IMG/VR virus record: IMGVR_UViG_3300045988_144737
Strand: one strand, 5' to 3'
From: a virus
DNA length: 64,000 bases
Under the pieces are notes generated by a model that saw only the letters and a program-made list of their open reading frames with translations, ran no database searches and was not told where the DNA came from. Position numbers and translations under genes: made by a program. This document shows positions 61,249 through 64,000 of the stretch, in pieces; positions within the stretch are counted from its first letter, which is position 1; each line of letters opens with the position of its first letter.

Positions 61249-62204
61249 TGGAACTACAAGATTTTTATAATGATGATAACGACATATGGGGAAAACCACA
61301 AACTTTTAAAAATTTAGAGTTTTACCCCATTCTTGTTGTTGAGAAATATAAAGAAAACCTAGTTTCCATAATCTTATGTCACTCTAAAAAAGAATTTATA
61401 TATCCAACCATGAGCGTATTGGAGAGAAAGGCGATATATAAAGCCTCTTATCTAAAGGCGTTATTGATTGCTTATTTGTTCACTAATCCAATCTCATTTG
61501 TTAATATTCAAAAAATAATACAAGAAATGTTGTTTGATGTTTGCAAGCTAGAAGAGGTGTATGGTTGCTCCAAAGATGATATTAATAAAATCATTAGGAT
61601 AACAACAAATATTGAGATAGATAGTGTTGATGCTTTGAGTTTAGCTCAAATTAAAATAATAATTTCTATCGATGGTAGAGAAGAAGTTGTGTTCGATGAA
61701 AGTGATTTTGATTTAATAAGGCAATTGATATTAAAACAAAATGCAATAAGCATTAAGCGCATTGAACAGTATCATAAAGATATGGAAGAAAAATTAATTG
61801 AGTTAAGCAAAGATAATCCACCTCAATCATTTTCAGATGAGATATTTAATTTTGCTAGTTTATCGGGTTTAGCTATTAATGATGATAAATTTGTTAAATA
61901 TACATTATATCAATTCAGGCATCATTTATACTTCCTAAGACAACAAAAGGATTTTGAAGTCATGTACCCTTTGGCAGTGTCTGGAAAAGTTAAATTTGAT
62001 AGAAAAATTAATTATTATGCAAACCCTTATGTCGAAAAGGGTAGATACGATGGCTTATTAGTTACTCAAAGTGATTTTGAGAATAGTGATTTGTCTAAGT
62101 CGGTAGGAAATATTGATTTAGACAAGCCAAAAGATGGGGTCGCTTCTCAAAAGAATGTTTTTATTGATAAAATAAATAAGGCAACTAAAGGTCAAGTAAA
62201 ATAA
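61248..62204 (+). CDS. hypothetical structural-region protein (318 aa)
   Basis: Start overlaps the upstream stop (TAATG). Confidence 0.5.
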   Translation: MELQDFYNDDNDIWGKPQTFKNLEFYPILVVEKYKENLVSIILCHSKKEFIYPTMSVLERKAIYKASYLKALLIAYLFTNPISFVNIQKIIQEMLFDVCKLEEVYGCSKDDINKIIRITTNIEIDSVDALSLAQIKIIISIDGREEVVFDESDFDLIRQLILKQNAISIKRIEQYHKDMEEKLIELSKDNPPQSFSDEIFNFASLSGLAINDDKFVKYTLYQFRHHLYFLRQQKDFEVMYPLAVSGKVKFDRKINYYANPYVEKGRYDGLLVTQSDFENSDLSKSVGNIDLDKPKDGVASQKNVFIDKINKATKGQVK

Positions 62205-62229
62205 ATAAAAAATTTAGGAGGAAATATAT

Positions 62230-63279
62230 ATGGCAAAAAAATTTGCTGTTTCTGTAGCTAACGTTGTTGCTCGTGATACTTCAACTGGTAACGGTTTATT
62301 TTGGGGTACTACTTCAACTTCAACTGCTGTTAATATGGCTATGACTGCTACTGATGTTCGTGGTGGTATTAACAACGTAATGCAAGCACGTTATATGCAC
62401 GATAAAACTATTACTTGTACTATCACAAAACCTACATTTAGTAAAGTGTTCTTACCATTAAATGCTGGTTCTGATATTCAAAATAAAAACATCAAGGTAG
62501 TACAAACTGAATGTATTACTTTAGATGCCAGTGGTAAAGGAGAGTTATCTAAAACTCCTGTTGGTAGAGTATCTGTTTTCTATGATGAAGATACTGTAAC
62601 AGTAGTGGATGCTAGTCAAAAAGAAATTACAGTGGTTGGCGGAAAAGGAAAAATGGTTACTGCTATTTATGATGCTATGGAAACTGTCGATGTTTTAAGC
62701 ATTGAAACAAAAGAGCCACCAAAAGTTGTTGATTTAACTCTAATTATCGAAATTAGAAACGAAGCTATGGAATTAGTAGAATACTTACATTACAATATTC
62801 CACGTTTCCAAATTGATGGTAACTATGAATTAGCATTAAGTGCTGATGGTGTTTCTAGTGAAACATTAACTGGTACTGCGTTAAATGTTTCTGGTCAAGA
62901 TTGTACTAGTGGAGACGTTTATGCTTACGTTAAATGGGTTCCTGTTTTAGAAGATGCTTTATCTGAAATTGGTGGAGTTGTAATTACTAATGGAGATATT
63001 ACAGCAACTCATGGGATGCAAAAAACGGTTCAATTAAATGTAATTGGTTTACGTGGTGGTGTAAAAGGAGATATTGAAATTCCTGCTACTGATGCCAAAT
63101 TAGGGTTTGCGGTTGCAACGAAGCCAGCAGCTACTGGTTCTAATATTTCTGTAGGAGCGAAAACAGGTATTGTAACTATTGCTACTGGAGCGCAAGTTAA
63201 TGATAACGCTGTTATTACAGTAACTTATACTAATGGCGGAACTATTTACAAAGATTCTATCCTTGTAACTGTATCATAA
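62230..63279 (+). CDS. major tail protein with C-terminal Ig-like (Big_2-type) domain (putative)
   Basis: Strong SD AGGAGGAAA; biased codons. The C-terminus TVQLNVIG...ISVGAKTGIVTIATGAQVNDNAVITVTY...ILVTVS resembles Big_2 repeats. Position is upstream of chaperone-like ORFs. Confidence 0.55.
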   Translation: MAKKFAVSVANVVARDTSTGNGLFWGTTSTSTAVNMAMTATDVRGGINNVMQARYMHDKTITCTITKPTFSKVFLPLNAGSDIQNKNIKVVQTECITLDASGKGELSKTPVGRVSVFYDEDTVTVVDASQKEITVVGGKGKMVTAIYDAMETVDVLSIETKEPPKVVDLTLIIEIRNEAMELVEYLHYNIPRFQIDGNYELALSADGVSSETLTGTALNVSGQDCTSGDVYAYVKWVPVLEDALSEIGGVVITNGDITATHGMQKTVQLNVIGLRGGVKGDIEIPATDAKLGFAVATKPAATGSNISVGAKTGIVTIATGAQVNDNAVITVTYTNGGTIYKDSILVTVS

Positions 63280-63281
63280 TT

Positions 63282-63500
63282 ATGTCTTTTTGTAAATTTG
63301 GTCGTGAGCAAAGAGAGGGTAGTGGAGTATATTATATATGTTCTCAAACAAATGGGGCATGTATGTTCAGTAGATGGTGTAATCTTGAAAACAAGTTTAA
63401 ACCATCTGCAAACTATCAATCTTGCACACTAAAAGACAAACAAGAAGGACTTGTGATTACTCGTGGGGCAAAGGCTAGAAGTTCTAAGAAACAAAAATAA
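63282..63500 (+). CDS. Cys-rich small protein (72 aa)
   Basis: ORF 2 nt after the tail gene stop; five Cys residues. Confidence 0.45.
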   Translation: MSFCKFGREQREGSGVYYICSQTNGACMFSRWCNLENKFKPSANYQSCTLKDKQEGLVITRGAKARSSKKQK

Positions 63501-63507
63501 CAACGAT

Positions 63508-63547
63508 AATAAGAGTGATATAGTAATATATTACTCTTATTTTTTTA
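63508..63547 (+). terminator. rho-independent terminator
   Basis: AATAAGAGT...ACTCTTATT 9-bp stem (63508-63516/63533-63541) followed by a T-run. Confidence 0.75.
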
Positions 63548-63580
63548 CACATCTTAAATATAAAATAGGAGGATTTAATT

Positions 63581-64000
63581 ATGTCAAATGATAAAATATT
63601 GTTAAAATTTAAAAAAAAGAATAAAAAAAGATTTGTGTTTAATGGGGAAACTGTATTAGTAAAACCTTATATTGAATATCCAGAGATTAAAACAATCATT
63701 GATATGTCTATTGGAAAATTAGGTGTTGAAAATGATTTTGATGGTATCTTAACATTAGATGATATCTATACAGCAAAGGCTTGCGCTGATTTATATCTAA
63801 TTCAATTATTGACAAATGTAAACCTTGAAAACGTTGAATACGAAGAGGCGTTACAAAGTGGGTTAATTACTTTGGTTAAGAGTAAAATTGATAATATCAA
63901 AGAGTTTGAAAGTGTGTTTGATAGCTATCTAAATGTTTTGAACAATCAAATGTTGCTTAATGGAATTTTAAAGGGAGTACCAAATTTAGAGGAGCTAGAT
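63581..64000 (+). CDS. hypothetical protein, 3'-truncated by the window end (tail-assembly-chaperone position)
   Basis: TAGGAGGA precedes the ATG at 63581. The frame is open to the window end (MSNDKILLKFKKKNKKRFVFNGETVLVKPY...). Confidence 0.55.
   Translation, partial: MSNDKILLKFKKKNKKRFVFNGETVLVKPYIEYPEIKTIIDMSIGKLGVENDFDGILTLDDIYTAKACADLYLIQLLTNVNLENVEYEEALQSGLITLVKSKIDNIKEFESVFDSYLNVLNNQMLLNGILKGVPNLEELD

Overview
The window looks like most of the genome of an AT-rich tailed dsDNA phage of a low-GC Gram-positive host. All family calls come from motif recognition by eye; no database search was possible.

Layout:
- 1-27952 (minus strand): replication, nucleotide-metabolism and lysogeny arm. 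It holds anaerobic RNR NrdD, a RecD-like helicase, a DnaE-type polymerase, an ABC-ATPase/GNAT pair, a PD-(D/E)XK exonuclease, primase, a DnaB-like helicase, an AAA ATPase, an SSB-like protein, Csp, an antirepressor, a HAD nucleotidase, a glucosaminidase, a tyrosine integrase and a MazF-like toxin.
- 27953-28990: ORF-free divergent control region.
- 28990-34133 (plus strand): small early genes behind repeated near-consensus sigma-A promoters.
- 34190-36630: an unusual 2.4-kb ORF-free region with a C-depleted GT-rich tract and iteron-like repeats.
- 36632-44332: middle genes.
- 45834-64000: late genes. These are an HU-like protein, a phosphoesterase, holin and endolysin, terminase, portal, scaffold, capsid and tail.

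Main finding: two co-directional ORFs (40192-41781 and 42647-43699) together carry the ordered motif series of cellular/QDE-1-type RdRP-fold polymerases, the fold used by YonO of SPbeta. The gene is interrupted exactly at the catalytic DFDGD loop by a group I intron that carries an HNH endonuclease.

Selfish elements are dense. Related or probable group I introns also split nrdD (GIY-YIG endonuclease) and the DNA polymerase (endonuclease disrupted at an A8 tract). There are two intact TnpB genes with omega-RNA-like tails and decayed tnpA stubs, one IS607-type and one IS200/IS605-type. A third, TnpB-less omega-RNA-like or riboswitch-like structured element lies upstream of the lysis genes.

Other leads:
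- an orphan MazF toxin preceded by a transcribed repeat leader instead of an antitoxin ORF
- early promoters nested in covarying inverted repeats
- a polypurine tract encoding an ER/K-type charged helix
- tandem paralogue arrays in the early region
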